Shown: one piece after another, positions 18,053-26,914 of the stretch
How the letters are laid out: each line of letters starts with the position of its first letter
How positions within the stretch are numbered: the first letter of the stretch is position 1
Assembly: GCA_028821475.1 (NCBI GenBank)
Contig: JAPPGB010000047.1
Coordinates: 1,136-65,135 of the forward strand
Source: Spirochaetaceae bacterium
GTDB taxonomy: Bacteria; Spirochaetota; Spirochaetia; SZUA-6; Bin103
DNA length: 64,000 bases
Reading direction: 5' to 3'
The notes under the pieces: generated by a model
Database searches by the model: none
What the model saw: only the letters and a program-made list of their open reading frames with translations
What the model was told of the DNA's origin: nothing
Program-made: the position numbers and the translations under genes

Positions 18053-18394
18053 ATGGACTCGACGACGCTTTCGAAAGTCAGGGATTTCGTGCAGGAGGCC
18101 CTTGCTGAGGGCCATCCGCGCGGTGGAGTAGCATTCGGTCCGATCGAGGTGCGGCGTACCTATGACGCTGACGATGGCTCTCCGTATCTCCGCATCGTGA
18201 TCGTCTTCGACGGCTCCAAGGATGACCTTGATGTCGCGTGGTTGGGTGGCATGCCAAGGCGACTGCTAGCGAGGCTCTCGGATGTGGGGATAGAAGACTA
18301 TCCCAACCTTTCCTACGTGTCTAGCGAAGAATGGGGCAGTGGTGTGGAGAAATGGCTGAGCACGTATCCCGAAGTCAACATTGAATCCTGCTGA
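18053..18394 (+). CDS. Hypothetical protein (first gene of a low-GC two-gene islet)
   Basis: 113 aa from the ATG at 18053. Local GC is about 52-55% versus about 70% in the flanks. It overlaps the next ORF by 14 nt. It has a GS-KDDLD segment faintly reminiscent of a minimal nucleotidyltransferase motif but is not canonical. Confidence 0.4.
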   Translation: MDSTTLSKVRDFVQEALAEGHPRGGVAFGPIEVRRTYDADDGSPYLRIVIVFDGSKDDLDVAWLGGMPRRLLARLSDVGIEDYPNLSYVSSEEWGSGVEKWLSTYPEVNIESC

Positions 18395-18863
18395 TCTGCT
18401 GACCGCCGCCAGAAACTCGATCTTGGGTCTCGGGGCGGGTCGCCCTTTGCAAGCTACGCTTCGGCGGGCAGTCAGCACGATTTACTATGCAGCATTCACT
18501 TGTCTGGCCAATGTCTGTGCCGACAAGGTGGTCGGTCAGTATCGCAGTCTCGACGACAGCGGGAAACGAGCGTGGGTCCAAGTCTACCGCGCCGTGGATC
18601 ATGGGAAGGCAAAGAACCGTTGCAAGAACAACCAAATCATGGGCCAGTTTCCCTCGGCAATCCGTGACTTTGCTGCGCCGTTCGTAGACCTGCAGTACGA
18701 CCGTACGATTGCGGATTATGTTCCCTACGAGAACTTCTTCAAGGCTGAGGTTGACATACTCGCCGATACCGCTGAAGGAATAATTCACCGCTTCATGGGT
18801 CTTCCATCCGGCGTGCTTCGCGCCTTCGCGGTGTACGTACTGTTCGACTCACGGAAGAACTAA
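18381..18863 (+). CDS. HEPN-like domain protein (second gene of the low-GC islet)
   Basis: 160 aa. The pattern AADLLTAARNS...RRAVSTIYYAAFTCLANV...KRAWVQVY...YDRTIADY resembles PF05168-type HEPN helices with an R-x4-DY motif. The call is made by eye and is uncertain. Confidence 0.45.
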   Translation: MNPADLLTAARNSILGLGAGRPLQATLRRAVSTIYYAAFTCLANVCADKVVGQYRSLDDSGKRAWVQVYRAVDHGKAKNRCKNNQIMGQFPSAIRDFAAPFVDLQYDRTIADYVPYENFFKAEVDILADTAEGIIHRFMGLPSGVLRAFAVYVLFDSRKN

Positions 18864-18969
18864 TCGTGCGTTTCGGTTGTTCGTGGCGGCTGCTCCGTCT
18901 CACGTTGGCGGCGGAATCGCGGCGCGGTGCAGGTGATGGAATTGTTTCCGACTTCCTTGGCGGACGATT

Positions 18970-19743
18970 GTGAAGCTCGGCATTCTGGACACGTTTCGGC
19001 TGGACGGGCGGGTGGCGCTGGTGACCGGGGCCAGCCGCGGCTTCGGCGAGGTGATCGCCAGCGCGCTGGCGGAGGCGGGGGCGTCGCTGGCACTGCTGGC
19101 GCGCGGCGAGCGCGTGCAGGAAGTCGCGCGCGAGCTGAGCGCCGAGCACGGGGTGGCGTGCCGCGCCTACCGGTGCGACGTGAGCGACCCGGCCGCGGTG
19201 GAGCAGGCGGTGGCAGGTGTGATCGCGGACTGCGGCGGGCTTCACATCGTGGTGAACAACGCAGGCATCAACATCCGCGGGCCGATCGAGGAGCTGAGCC
19301 TGGAGCAGTTCCGGCAGGTGCAGGACACCAACCTCACCTCGATGTGGCTGGTGTGCCGTGCCGCCGCCGGCCACCTGAAGGAGCAGGGCTACGGACGGGT
19401 GATCAACATCGGCTCGCTGCTGTCGGTGCTCGGCATGGCCGAGCGCACCCCCTACGCGGTCAGCAAGGGCGGCGTGCTGCAACTCACCCGCGTGCTGGCG
19501 CTGGAGTGGGCGCAGGCCGGCATCACCGTCAACTGCATCATCCCCGGCATGTTCGCCACCGAGCTGAACCTCCCGTTGCTCGGCGTTCCCGAGATCGCCG
19601 CCCGCGTGGTGGCGAAGGTGCCGATGGGGCGCTGGGGCGAGCCGCGCGAGATTGCGGGGCTGGCCCTTTACCTGGCCGGCGATGCCGCGAGCTACGTCAC
19701 CGGCGCCGCGCTGACCATCGACGGCGGCTGGAGCGTGCACTGA
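18970..19743 (+). CDS. SDR family oxidoreductase (classical short-chain dehydrogenase)
   Basis: TGASRGFG cofactor motif, NNAG, and a YAVSK active-site motif. GTG start. Its stop overlaps the next gene's start (TGAGTG). Confidence 0.85.
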   Translation: MKLGILDTFRLDGRVALVTGASRGFGEVIASALAEAGASLALLARGERVQEVARELSAEHGVACRAYRCDVSDPAAVEQAVAGVIADCGGLHIVVNNAGINIRGPIEELSLEQFRQVQDTNLTSMWLVCRAAAGHLKEQGYGRVINIGSLLSVLGMAERTPYAVSKGGVLQLTRVLALEWAQAGITVNCIIPGMFATELNLPLLGVPEIAARVVAKVPMGRWGEPREIAGLALYLAGDAASYVTGAALTIDGGWSVH

Positions 19744-21036
19744 GTGAGCACCCTGGACATCCTGTTCCTGGAGCCGTTCTACGGCGGCTCGCACCGCGAG
19801 TTCGCCGACGGCCTGGTGCAGCACTCCCGCCACCGGATCGATCTGCACACGCTGCCGGCGCGCTTCTGGCGCTGGCGGATGCGCGGCGCCGCGCTCCACT
19901 TTGCCCGCGCGGTGGCGCGCCCGGCGGACTACGACCTGCTGCTGGTCACCGACCTGATGAACGTGGCCGACCTGAAAGCCCTGTGGGGAGCGGAGTGTCC
20001 GCCGATCCTCCTGTACGTGCACGAGAATCAACTCAGCTATCCGAAACCGGAGGGCGAGCAGCGCGACTTTCAGTTCGCCTTTACCGACATCGCCTCGGCA
20101 CTGGCCGCCGACGTGGTGGTGTTCAACTCCCGCTACCATCGCGACGCCTACTTCGCGGTGCTGCCGGAGGTGTTGCGGCGCATGCCGGAATACGAGCCGG
20201 CGTGGATTCCGGACGCGCTGGCGGCCAAGGCGCGCGTGCTGTACCCCGGCTGCCGATTGCCGGCGCCGTCCGTGGAACCGGCGCCGGGCGGCGCGACCGC
20301 GGTGCCGACTGTCGACCGCGGCCGTGCAGCCGAGCCTTGGTCGGCGCCGTCCTCGGAGAGCATGGGTCCGCCGGCGGCGTCCCCGCCGCCCGAGTCCCGC
20401 GCCGGCGGGGACGCCGGAGCAGCGGGACGGCAACCCGGCGCTGCCGACATCGCGTCAACGGTTGCGGGACCGGCACGTTGCGCGGTGAGGCCTGGAACAC
20501 CCCTGATGATATGGAACCATCGCTGGGAGTTCGACAAGCAGCCGGCGGCGTTCTTCGCCGCCCTGCGCAGGGTGCAGCGGGCAGGGGTGGCGTTCGAGGT
20601 GGCGTTGCTCGGCGAGAACGCCCAGTACGTGCCGCAGGAGTTCATCGCCGCGCGCAAATGGCTCGGAGAAAGGGTGGTACAGTACGGCTATCTGCCGAGC
20701 CGGGCGGCATACCTGGAGTGGCTTGGCCGCGGCTCGGTGGTGGTGTCGACCGCCATCCAGGAGAACTTCGGCATCTCGGTGGTGGAGGCGGTGGCGGCGG
20801 GCTGCCATCCGTTGCTGCCCAACCGGCTCGCCTACCCGGAAGTGATCCCGGCGGCCTTCCACGAAGAATGCCTGTACGACGGCGACGAGGCCCTGGCCGA
20901 CCGGTTGATCGCCCTGCTGTCGAGCCCGCCGGTGAAGTCGCCGCCGGGACTGGCCGCGGCCATGCGGCGCTACTCGTGGGCCTGCCTCGCTGAGGAATAC
21001 GACAACCTGTTCGACGCATGGCGGCGAATGGGCTGA
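19744..21036 (+). CDS. DUF3524/GTDC1-like glycosyltransferase (homolog of eukaryotic tRNA-queuosine mannosyltransferase) with internal low-complexity insert
   Basis: The N-terminus ILFLEPFYGGSHREF...LLYVHENQLSYP...QRDFQFAF...ADVVVFNS matches the GTDC1 N-domain. The C-terminus is GT1-like. An Ala/Pro/Gly-rich insert of about 80 aa sits between the two domains. Confidence 0.7.
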   Translation: MSTLDILFLEPFYGGSHREFADGLVQHSRHRIDLHTLPARFWRWRMRGAALHFARAVARPADYDLLLVTDLMNVADLKALWGAECPPILLYVHENQLSYPKPEGEQRDFQFAFTDIASALAADVVVFNSRYHRDAYFAVLPEVLRRMPEYEPAWIPDALAAKARVLYPGCRLPAPSVEPAPGGATAVPTVDRGRAAEPWSAPSSESMGPPAASPPPESRAGGDAGAAGRQPGAADIASTVAGPARCAVRPGTPLMIWNHRWEFDKQPAAFFAALRRVQRAGVAFEVALLGENAQYVPQEFIAARKWLGERVVQYGYLPSRAAYLEWLGRGSVVVSTAIQENFGISVVEAVAAGCHPLLPNRLAYPEVIPAAFHEECLYDGDEALADRLIALLSSPPVKSPPGLAAAMRRYSWACLAEEYDNLFDAWRRMG

Positions 21037-21243
21037 CCGGCAACGCGCGGTCGCCGCTGCCGAGGGGCGCCGCGGACGGGGTGCGGTGGCTGCGAATGTG
21101 TTCGCGGACCCGCTGGCGTGCCCAGCGAGCAGCGCGCGGAGCGGCGCGGCGACTGGCGCTGGTGCAGCCGCGAGCGACGGCGGCGGGATAGCGCGGCGGG
21201 CGCTCGTGAGGGGGCGCTCGAGTGCCGAGGGTGGGGGTTGCGT

Positions 21244-22011
21244 TCAGTCCCGGTAGGATGGGTCTTCGCGGTCCAGAATCGCTTGCAGTTCGCGGAAGTG
21301 GTCGTCGCTCAGATCCGGATAGTCGAGCCACTGCCGGCGTGTCGTCGCGGCCACCTGGTCGCAGGGGATCTTCAGTTCGCGCCCGGTTTGCAGCGCCGTG
21401 ATGTAGGTCTCGCAGGCGCGCTCGAAGTAGTACAGGTCGTCGAACGCCTGCGCAACCGTTGCGCCGATCACCATCACCCCGTGGTTGCGCATCAGCAGAA
21501 TCGGGTTGTCGCCGGCCATCGACGCCACCCGCTCCGCCTCGTCGTCCAGGCCCATGCCCTCGAACTGCTCGTCCACGGTCACGCGGCCCCAGAAGCGCAT
21601 CGCGTTCTGGTCGATCGGCGGCAGCGCCGGGTCGGCGAGGCAGGCGAGCACCGTGGCGTAGCGCGAGTGCACGTGCAGCAGGCAGCGCGCGTGCGGCACC
21701 CGGCGGTGGATGGCACCGTGCAGCCCCCAGGCGGTGGGGTCGGGGGCGTCCGGGCGCTGCATCGTGGAGTCGTCCTCGGCATCGAGCAGGAGCAGCTCGC
21801 CGGCCCGGATCAGCGAGAAATGGCGCCCGCGCGGGTTCATCAGGAAGCGCGTGCCGGCGTCGTTCACGGCCAGACTGAAGTGGTTGGCCACCGATTCGTG
21901 CAGGTCGTAGCGTGCCGCCCACCGAAACGCGCAGGCCAGCGCGATCCGCTCCTCGGCGTATTCCATTTCGGGATGACCGTGAGCTGCAAGTGCGAGTCGG
22001 TCGGCCGCCAT
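21244..22011 (-). CDS. Class II aldolase/adducin family protein
   Basis: The N-terminus is ERIALACAFRWAARYDL...NHFSLAV. His-rich metal site (HVHS, HGAIH). Start uncertain (M at 22011 or 21969; ORF open to 22113). Confidence 0.7.
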   Translation of the reverse strand: MAADRLALAAHGHPEMEYAEERIALACAFRWAARYDLHESVANHFSLAVNDAGTRFLMNPRGRHFSLIRAGELLLLDAEDDSTMQRPDAPDPTAWGLHGAIHRRVPHARCLLHVHSRYATVLACLADPALPPIDQNAMRFWGRVTVDEQFEGMGLDDEAERVASMAGDNPILLMRNHGVMVIGATVAQAFDDLYYFERACETYITALQTGRELKIPCDQVAATTRRQWLDYPDLSDDHFRELQAILDREDPSYRD

Positions 22012-22247
22012 GATCTCGACACGGTAGCCCCGTCGTCGGTGCATGTCCACACCCGAGCTCATGGTGTGGTTTGCTCCGCCGGCAGGCGGAGGGTCGTCGG
22101 CGTGCTCCTCCAACGCGAGTCGCGCCGTACCAACAGCGGACTGGCGCTCTTTCGCCTGGAACCTGTACCGCTTCGTAGGCCACGAGTTGCCCGCTGCCCG
22201 GTCGACGCCCTTCCGATGCTCGGCCCAACGGTGCTACGCTGAGTGCT

Positions 22248-22475
22248 ATGGACTATCGAGAGATCATCACTATTGAGCCGGGGAAGCGTGGGGGCAAGCC
22301 ATGTATTCGGGGGCTCCGCATCACCGTCTACGATGTTCTCGAATACTTGGCGTCAGACATGACTCGGGAAGAGATACTCGCCGATTTACCAGATCTTACA
22401 CCGGATGACATCAAGGCATGTCTATCTTTCGCGGCTGACCGAGAGCGCCGATTCGTCTCGGTACCGGCCGAGTGA
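22248..22475 (+). CDS. DUF433 domain protein (putative antitoxin)
   Basis: 75 aa, ...RGGKPCIRGLRITVYDVL..., with its stop overlapping the DUF5615 start. Local GC is lower than the flanks. Confidence 0.8.
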   Translation: MDYREIITIEPGKRGGKPCIRGLRITVYDVLEYLASDMTREEILADLPDLTPDDIKACLSFAADRERRFVSVPAE

Positions 22476-22804
22476 AGCTGCTCTTCGACCAGAATCTGTC
22501 GCCGCGATTGATCGACCGCCTTGCGAGTATGTATCCCGAATCCGCACATGTTCGGGATCTTGGTCTACACCGAGCCGTGGACCGGCAGGTGTGGAAACAC
22601 GCAGGTGAGAACGGTTACGCCATTGTCTCGAAGGACTCCGACTTCCATCAGCTGAGCTTTCTGTACGGACACCCGCCGAAGGTGGTTTGGATCCGGAGGG
22701 GTAACTGCACCACTAATGAAATCGAGGCGATACTGCGCGAGTTCTCCACACGGTTGGCTGAGTTCGACGCGGACGAGGCCGCATCGTACTTGGCAATCTC
22801 GTAG
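22472..22804 (+). CDS. DUF5615 (PIN-like/Mut7-C) protein, putative toxin partner of DUF433
   Basis: 110 aa, MKLLFDQNLSPRL...VSKDSDF. This is the canonical DUF433-DUF5615 pair arrangement. Confidence 0.75.
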   Translation: MKLLFDQNLSPRLIDRLASMYPESAHVRDLGLHRAVDRQVWKHAGENGYAIVSKDSDFHQLSFLYGHPPKVVWIRRGNCTTNEIEAILREFSTRLAEFDADEAASYLAIS

Positions 22805-22881
22805 TAGCTCGCAATCGAATCTGCGTGCCTTGGCCATCTGCCACGGCCATCGGCCGGAGCCGGGCGATTCGCGACGATGTA

Positions 22882-25098
22882 CTACCGGCTGCCAGCCGGC
22901 GAACCGGTTGCGGTCACGAACAGGGTGGCGACGCGCCAGTCGAGCACGGCGCCGAGGCGGTTTTCGAGTCCGCGGCGCAGGGCCGCGACTGCCGCGGCGG
23001 AGACGCCGGCGGTCAGCAGCACGTGGGCGTAGGAAGTGGCGGGAACCTGCGCGCCGTTCGGGAACCAGCGTTCCAGGAGGGTGCGCGTCACTGCCAGCCG
23101 GCCCGGCTGTTCCACGATCTCGGCGGTCAGGCCGGTGACGTGCGGCGCCAGGGCGGCCTCGACTTCGGCGCCGGTGAGTGCCGGGCGGGCGCCGTAGTGC
23201 GCTTCCTCGGCGGCGGCGACGGCGGCGCGGTCGGTCTCGTCCAGCCCGTCGAGGTCCAGCACCTCGTGCAGCCGCGGAGCCCGTTCCGGCAGCGGCTCGG
23301 CCAGCACCAGGCGTCCGCCCTCGGTCAGGGCGCCGGCGGCGGCCAGCACCAGCGCTTGCCCACCGTCCGCCCGCCACACGCCGCGGCCCACCACGGCGTC
23401 GAAGCACACCGCCGGGTCGATCTGCGCCGGCTCCGCCACCAGGGTGGGCTGCATGGCGGCGGGCAGGGCGGCCAGTTGCTCGCGCACGCCCTTGGCCTCC
23501 GGCGGCGCCAGCGCCCACACGCCGCCCTCCGGGCAGCGGCGCAGCAGTTCGAAGGTGAGCAGGCCGCTGCCGAGCGCCAGGTCCAGTACCACGCCGTGGC
23601 GCTGCAGGCCGGCCGCCGCCACGATGCGGTCGCGCTCATCGGCCAGCCGCCCGGCGGCGTCGGACAGCGCCCGCTCCAGCCAGCGGTCCAGGTCGCGCTG
23701 CACGTCCTTGCCGGCGTTGGTCAGGATCTCGCCGCCTTGCTCGGTGCCCTCCCAGGCGGCCGCCAGGTTGGCTTCGCGGCGGCGCGCCACCTGGTCGCGG
23801 ATGGCGCGCTCGTGGCCGGTGTCGCCGGGCTGGTAGAACACCCGCCCCTGCAACTCCGACGGCAGGTACTGCTGCGCCACCCAGTGGTCGGTGAAGGCGT
23901 GCGGATACTGGTAGCCGGCGCCGTGGCCGAACCCCTCGGCATCGCGGCTCCCGTCGCGCAACGACGACGGCACCTGCGCCTCGCGCTCCGCCTCCACCGC
24001 GCGCAGCGCGTCGAAGAAGCCCAGGGTGCTGTTGCTCTTCGGCGCCGTGGACAGGTACAGCGCCGCCTCGGCCAGGTGGAAGCGCCCCTCCGGCAGGCCC
24101 ACGTAGTCGAACGCGGCGGCGCAGGCGGTCACCACGCCGATCGCCGCCGGGTCCGCCATGCCGATGTCCTCGGACGCCAGGATCAGCATGCGCCGGAACA
24201 GGTAGCGCGGATCCTCGCCCGCGTACACCATGCGCGCCATCCAGTACAGCGCCGCGTCGGGATCGGAGCCGCGCACGCTCTTGATGAACGCGCTGATGGT
24301 GTCGTAGTGGGCGTCGCCCTCCTTGTCGTACAGCACCGCGCGGCGCTGGATCGACTCCTCCGCCACCAGACGGTCGACGCGCACCACGCCGTCCGCGCCG
24401 GCCGGCGTGGTGGTGACCGCCAGTTCCAGGGCGTTGAGCAGGCTGCGCGCGTCGCCGTTGGCCACGTTCAGCAGGTGCTCCATCGCCTCCTCGCTTACCT
24501 CGGAGCGGTAGCCTCCCAAACCGCGCTCGGTGTCGGCCAGCGCCATCCGGGCCACCCGCTCCAGCTCCTCGCGCCCGAGCCCCTGGAGCTGGAAGATGCG
24601 GCTGCGGCTCACCAGCGGCTTGATCACCTCGAAGTAGGGGTTCTCGGTGGTGGCGCCGATCAGCACGATGGTGCCGTTCTCGACACTCGGCAGCAGCGCG
24701 TCCTGCTGCGCCTTGTTCCAGCGGTGCACCTCGTCGATGAACAGGATGGTGTGCTGGCCGTGCAGGTCGCGCGCCTCGCGCGCCGCGGCGATCGCCTCGC
24801 GGAGCTGCTTCACCCCGGCGAGCACCGCGTTCAGCGCCGTGAAGCGGGCGCGGGTGGTGCCGGCGATCACCTGCGCGAGGGTGGTCTTGCCGGTGCCGGG
24901 CGGCCCGTAGAAGATCAGCGACGAGAGCTGGTCTGCCTGGATCGCGCGCCGCAGCAGCCGCCCCGGCCCGACGATGTGGTCCTGGCCGACGAATTCGTCC
25001 AGCGTGCGCGGCCGCATGCGCGCCGCGAGCGGCGCGCCGCTCGCCTGCTCGGCCGCGCCGCGGGCCTGAAACAGGTCGCGATCTTCAGCTCTCGCCAT
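22882..25098 (-). CDS. rarA: Replication-associated recombination protein A (RarA/MgsA AAA+ ATPase) fused to a C-terminal class I SAM-methyltransferase-like domain
   Basis: Walker A GPPGTGKTT, Walker B LFIDEVHR, and the RarA C-terminal GYQYPHAF...QQYLP. A further about 290 aa follow with the VLDLALGSG motif I and motifs II/III of Rossmann methyltransferases. Confidence 0.8.
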   Translation of the reverse strand: MARAEDRDLFQARGAAEQASGAPLAARMRPRTLDEFVGQDHIVGPGRLLRRAIQADQLSSLIFYGPPGTGKTTLAQVIAGTTRARFTALNAVLAGVKQLREAIAAAREARDLHGQHTILFIDEVHRWNKAQQDALLPSVENGTIVLIGATTENPYFEVIKPLVSRSRIFQLQGLGREELERVARMALADTERGLGGYRSEVSEEAMEHLLNVANGDARSLLNALELAVTTTPAGADGVVRVDRLVAEESIQRRAVLYDKEGDAHYDTISAFIKSVRGSDPDAALYWMARMVYAGEDPRYLFRRMLILASEDIGMADPAAIGVVTACAAAFDYVGLPEGRFHLAEAALYLSTAPKSNSTLGFFDALRAVEAEREAQVPSSLRDGSRDAEGFGHGAGYQYPHAFTDHWVAQQYLPSELQGRVFYQPGDTGHERAIRDQVARRREANLAAAWEGTEQGGEILTNAGKDVQRDLDRWLERALSDAAGRLADERDRIVAAAGLQRHGVVLDLALGSGLLTFELLRRCPEGGVWALAPPEAKGVREQLAALPAAMQPTLVAEPAQIDPAVCFDAVVGRGVWRADGGQALVLAAAGALTEGGRLVLAEPLPERAPRLHEVLDLDGLDETDRAAVAAAEEAHYGARPALTGAEVEAALAPHVTGLTAEIVEQPGRLAVTRTLLERWFPNGAQVPATSYAHVLLTAGVSAAAVAALRRGLENRLGAVLDWRVATLFVTATGSPAGSR

Positions 25099-25109
25099 GA
25101 CCGATGTAG

Positions 25110-25412
25110 TCAGTTGTCGCCTGGTTCGGACGGATCAAGAAGACGAGCACTGTGGTGGATCGTCAGGAGCTGGACTTCATCGCCAATCAGCCGATAGACG
25201 ATTCGGTAGTTGCCGTGAAGCATTTCCCGAATGTCGTCCCGATTTGACTCGGGTACAACTCTGCCAACCTGCGGAAACGATTCCAATGCTGATGCCTTAT
25301 CGACTATCTGGGTCGCGAAAACCTGGGGATAATTTCGGGAGTCGCGCGCGATCTAGGCACATATTGCTGCTACGTCTGCAAGCGCTTGCGGAGTCCATCT
25401 CAATCGAGCCAC
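25110..25412 (-). pseudogene. parE: ParE/RelE-family toxin with in-frame amber codon after codon 19
   Basis: GTG at 25412-25410 overlaps the antitoxin stop. The N-terminus ARLRWTPQALADVAAICA is followed by TAG (25353-25355), then IARDS...VFATQIVDKASALESFPQVGRVVPE...YRIVYRLIGDEVQLLTIHHSAR (ParE core). There is no alternative start downstream of the amber. Confidence 0.55.
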
Positions 25413-25597
25413 CTACGTAACCGCTGTCGTGCCTCGTCATGTGACACGGTAAGGCCGGCATCTGCTTGTTCTATGCCCTTTTCGATTTTGTGGAGCAGGA
25501 AGAGCCTCTCTATCGCATCCTCGATACTTGCATTCTCCGGCAGATTGCGAATCAAGCTTTCCATTTTCGATTTCATTGTTTTCATTGTTGATGGCAT
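25400..25597 (-). CDS. parD: ParD-like antitoxin (RK2 ParD-type)
   Basis: ...ESLIRNLPENASIEDAIERLF...ADAGLTVSHDEARQRLRRWLD resembles RK2 ParD (QYALERLF...GLAGKVST...). Start uncertain (candidates 25597, 25585, 25576, 25564). Confidence 0.5.
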   Translation of the reverse strand: MPSTMKTMKSKMESLIRNLPENASIEDAIERLFLLHKIEKGIEQADAGLTVSHDEARQRLRRWLD

Positions 25598-25683
25598 AGG
25601 ATTGAACCGGATCAGGAGTATAGCGGGGTCATCATCCGCCGTCCACTTGCGCCCGGGCGGCCAAGGCCGGTACCATCCGCGGC

Positions 25684-26436
25684 GTGACATCATCGACGAC
25701 CGACAGGATCGCCGTGCAGAGCTACTGCTTCCGCGGCTTTGCCAGCAACGAAGAGGTCGCCGCCAAGGCCGGGGAGATCGGGCTGGCGGCGGTCGAGCCG
25801 TGTGGCGTGCACGTCGACTTCGCCGACGAGGCCGCGCAGGACGCGGCCATCGCCGCGTACCGCGACGCCGGCGTGCGGCTGGTGAGCTGCGGAGTCAACT
25901 CGATCCGCGGCGACGGCAGCGGCGCCGAGTGCTACTTCCAGTTCGCCCGCAAGGCCGGCCTGCCGGTGATCAGCGCCGACGTCACCCCGCCGGCGTCGTG
26001 GGACACGTTCGCCGCCGCCGAGCGCCTGGCCGAGCAGTACGACGTGAACGTGGCGCTGCACAACCACGGCGGCGCGCACTGGCTCGGCAACGCGCAGATG
26101 CTGGAGGAGGTGTTCCGGCGCACCGGCCCGCGCATCGGGCTGATGTTGGACACCGCCTGGGCGATCGACTCGCGCGAGGACCCGGTCAAGATGGTGCGCC
26201 GCTTCGGCAACCGGCTGATGGGCGTGCACCTCAAGGACTTCGTCTACTCCCGCAACCGCGAACCGGTGGACGTGGTGATCGGCACCGGCATCCTCGACCT
26301 GCCCGCCCTGGTCACGGCACTGGGCGACGTCGGCTTCGACGGCGTGCCGATCATCGAGTACGAGGGCGACGTCAACAACCCGGTCCCGGCGCTCACCGAG
26401 TGCGTAAAGGAAATCGCCGCCGCCTGGAACCTGTAG
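25684..26436 (+). CDS. Sugar phosphate isomerase/epimerase (xylose-isomerase-like TIM barrel)
   Basis: 250 aa with conserved H/D/E metal ligands in TIM-barrel spacing (ALHNHGGAHW, MLDTAWA, EYEGD). Confidence 0.75.
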   Translation: MTSSTTDRIAVQSYCFRGFASNEEVAAKAGEIGLAAVEPCGVHVDFADEAAQDAAIAAYRDAGVRLVSCGVNSIRGDGSGAECYFQFARKAGLPVISADVTPPASWDTFAAAERLAEQYDVNVALHNHGGAHWLGNAQMLEEVFRRTGPRIGLMLDTAWAIDSREDPVKMVRRFGNRLMGVHLKDFVYSRNREPVDVVIGTGILDLPALVTALGDVGFDGVPIIEYEGDVNNPVPALTECVKEIAAAWNL

Positions 26437-26482
26437 ACTCGTACACTCTCCGGTTCCGCGCAGCGGCGTCCAAGTACGAGGA

Positions 26483-26914
26483 TCAGCTCGGAGCAGCGAG
26501 GGAGTTCAGAAACGCCGCGGGGGTCAGGATTGGAATCCCGCGAAACGGAGTCATGTCCAGAAGGTGGCGATCCCCAGTGATCAGGCAGTCTGCCTCGCCA
26601 ACCATCGCCGTCTCCAGGAACTGGTCGTCCTTCGGGTCCAGGCATCCGAGCTTGGCCCCGGTGATCGAAACGCGTTCGGAAACGCCCAGGAGCTGGACAA
26701 GGAACGGTGTCCTTATTGTCCGACTCACGTAGCGGTCGAACTTCGGGCGAAAGAGGCGGCTGTGCAGCTCCTTGATGGTCTCGTTGGCGAACAGGAGCAC
26801 GCCGCCCGCTTGCCGTATCGTGTCCACAACGGCGCGCGGCGTTCCCGGAGGTCTCAGTGCTGAGCTGATCAGGACGTTGGTGTCGACAACGACTCGCTCA
26901 ACTGTCATCCGCAA
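26483..26914 (-). CDS. PIN-domain toxin (TIGR00305-like)
   Basis: VVDTNVLISS...CLITGDRHLL. It overlaps the upstream Phd/YefM-type antitoxin gene. Confidence 0.75.
   Translation of the reverse strand: MRMTVERVVVDTNVLISSALRPPGTPRAVVDTIRQAGGVLLFANETIKELHSRLFRPKFDRYVSRTIRTPFLVQLLGVSERVSITGAKLGCLDPKDDQFLETAMVGEADCLITGDRHLLDMTPFRGIPILTPAAFLNSLAAPS

Noticed and set aside
21118-22242. 374-aa plus-strand ORF opposite the aldolase gene.
   Set aside because: Antisense to a gene with clear class II aldolase motifs. Low-complexity translation.
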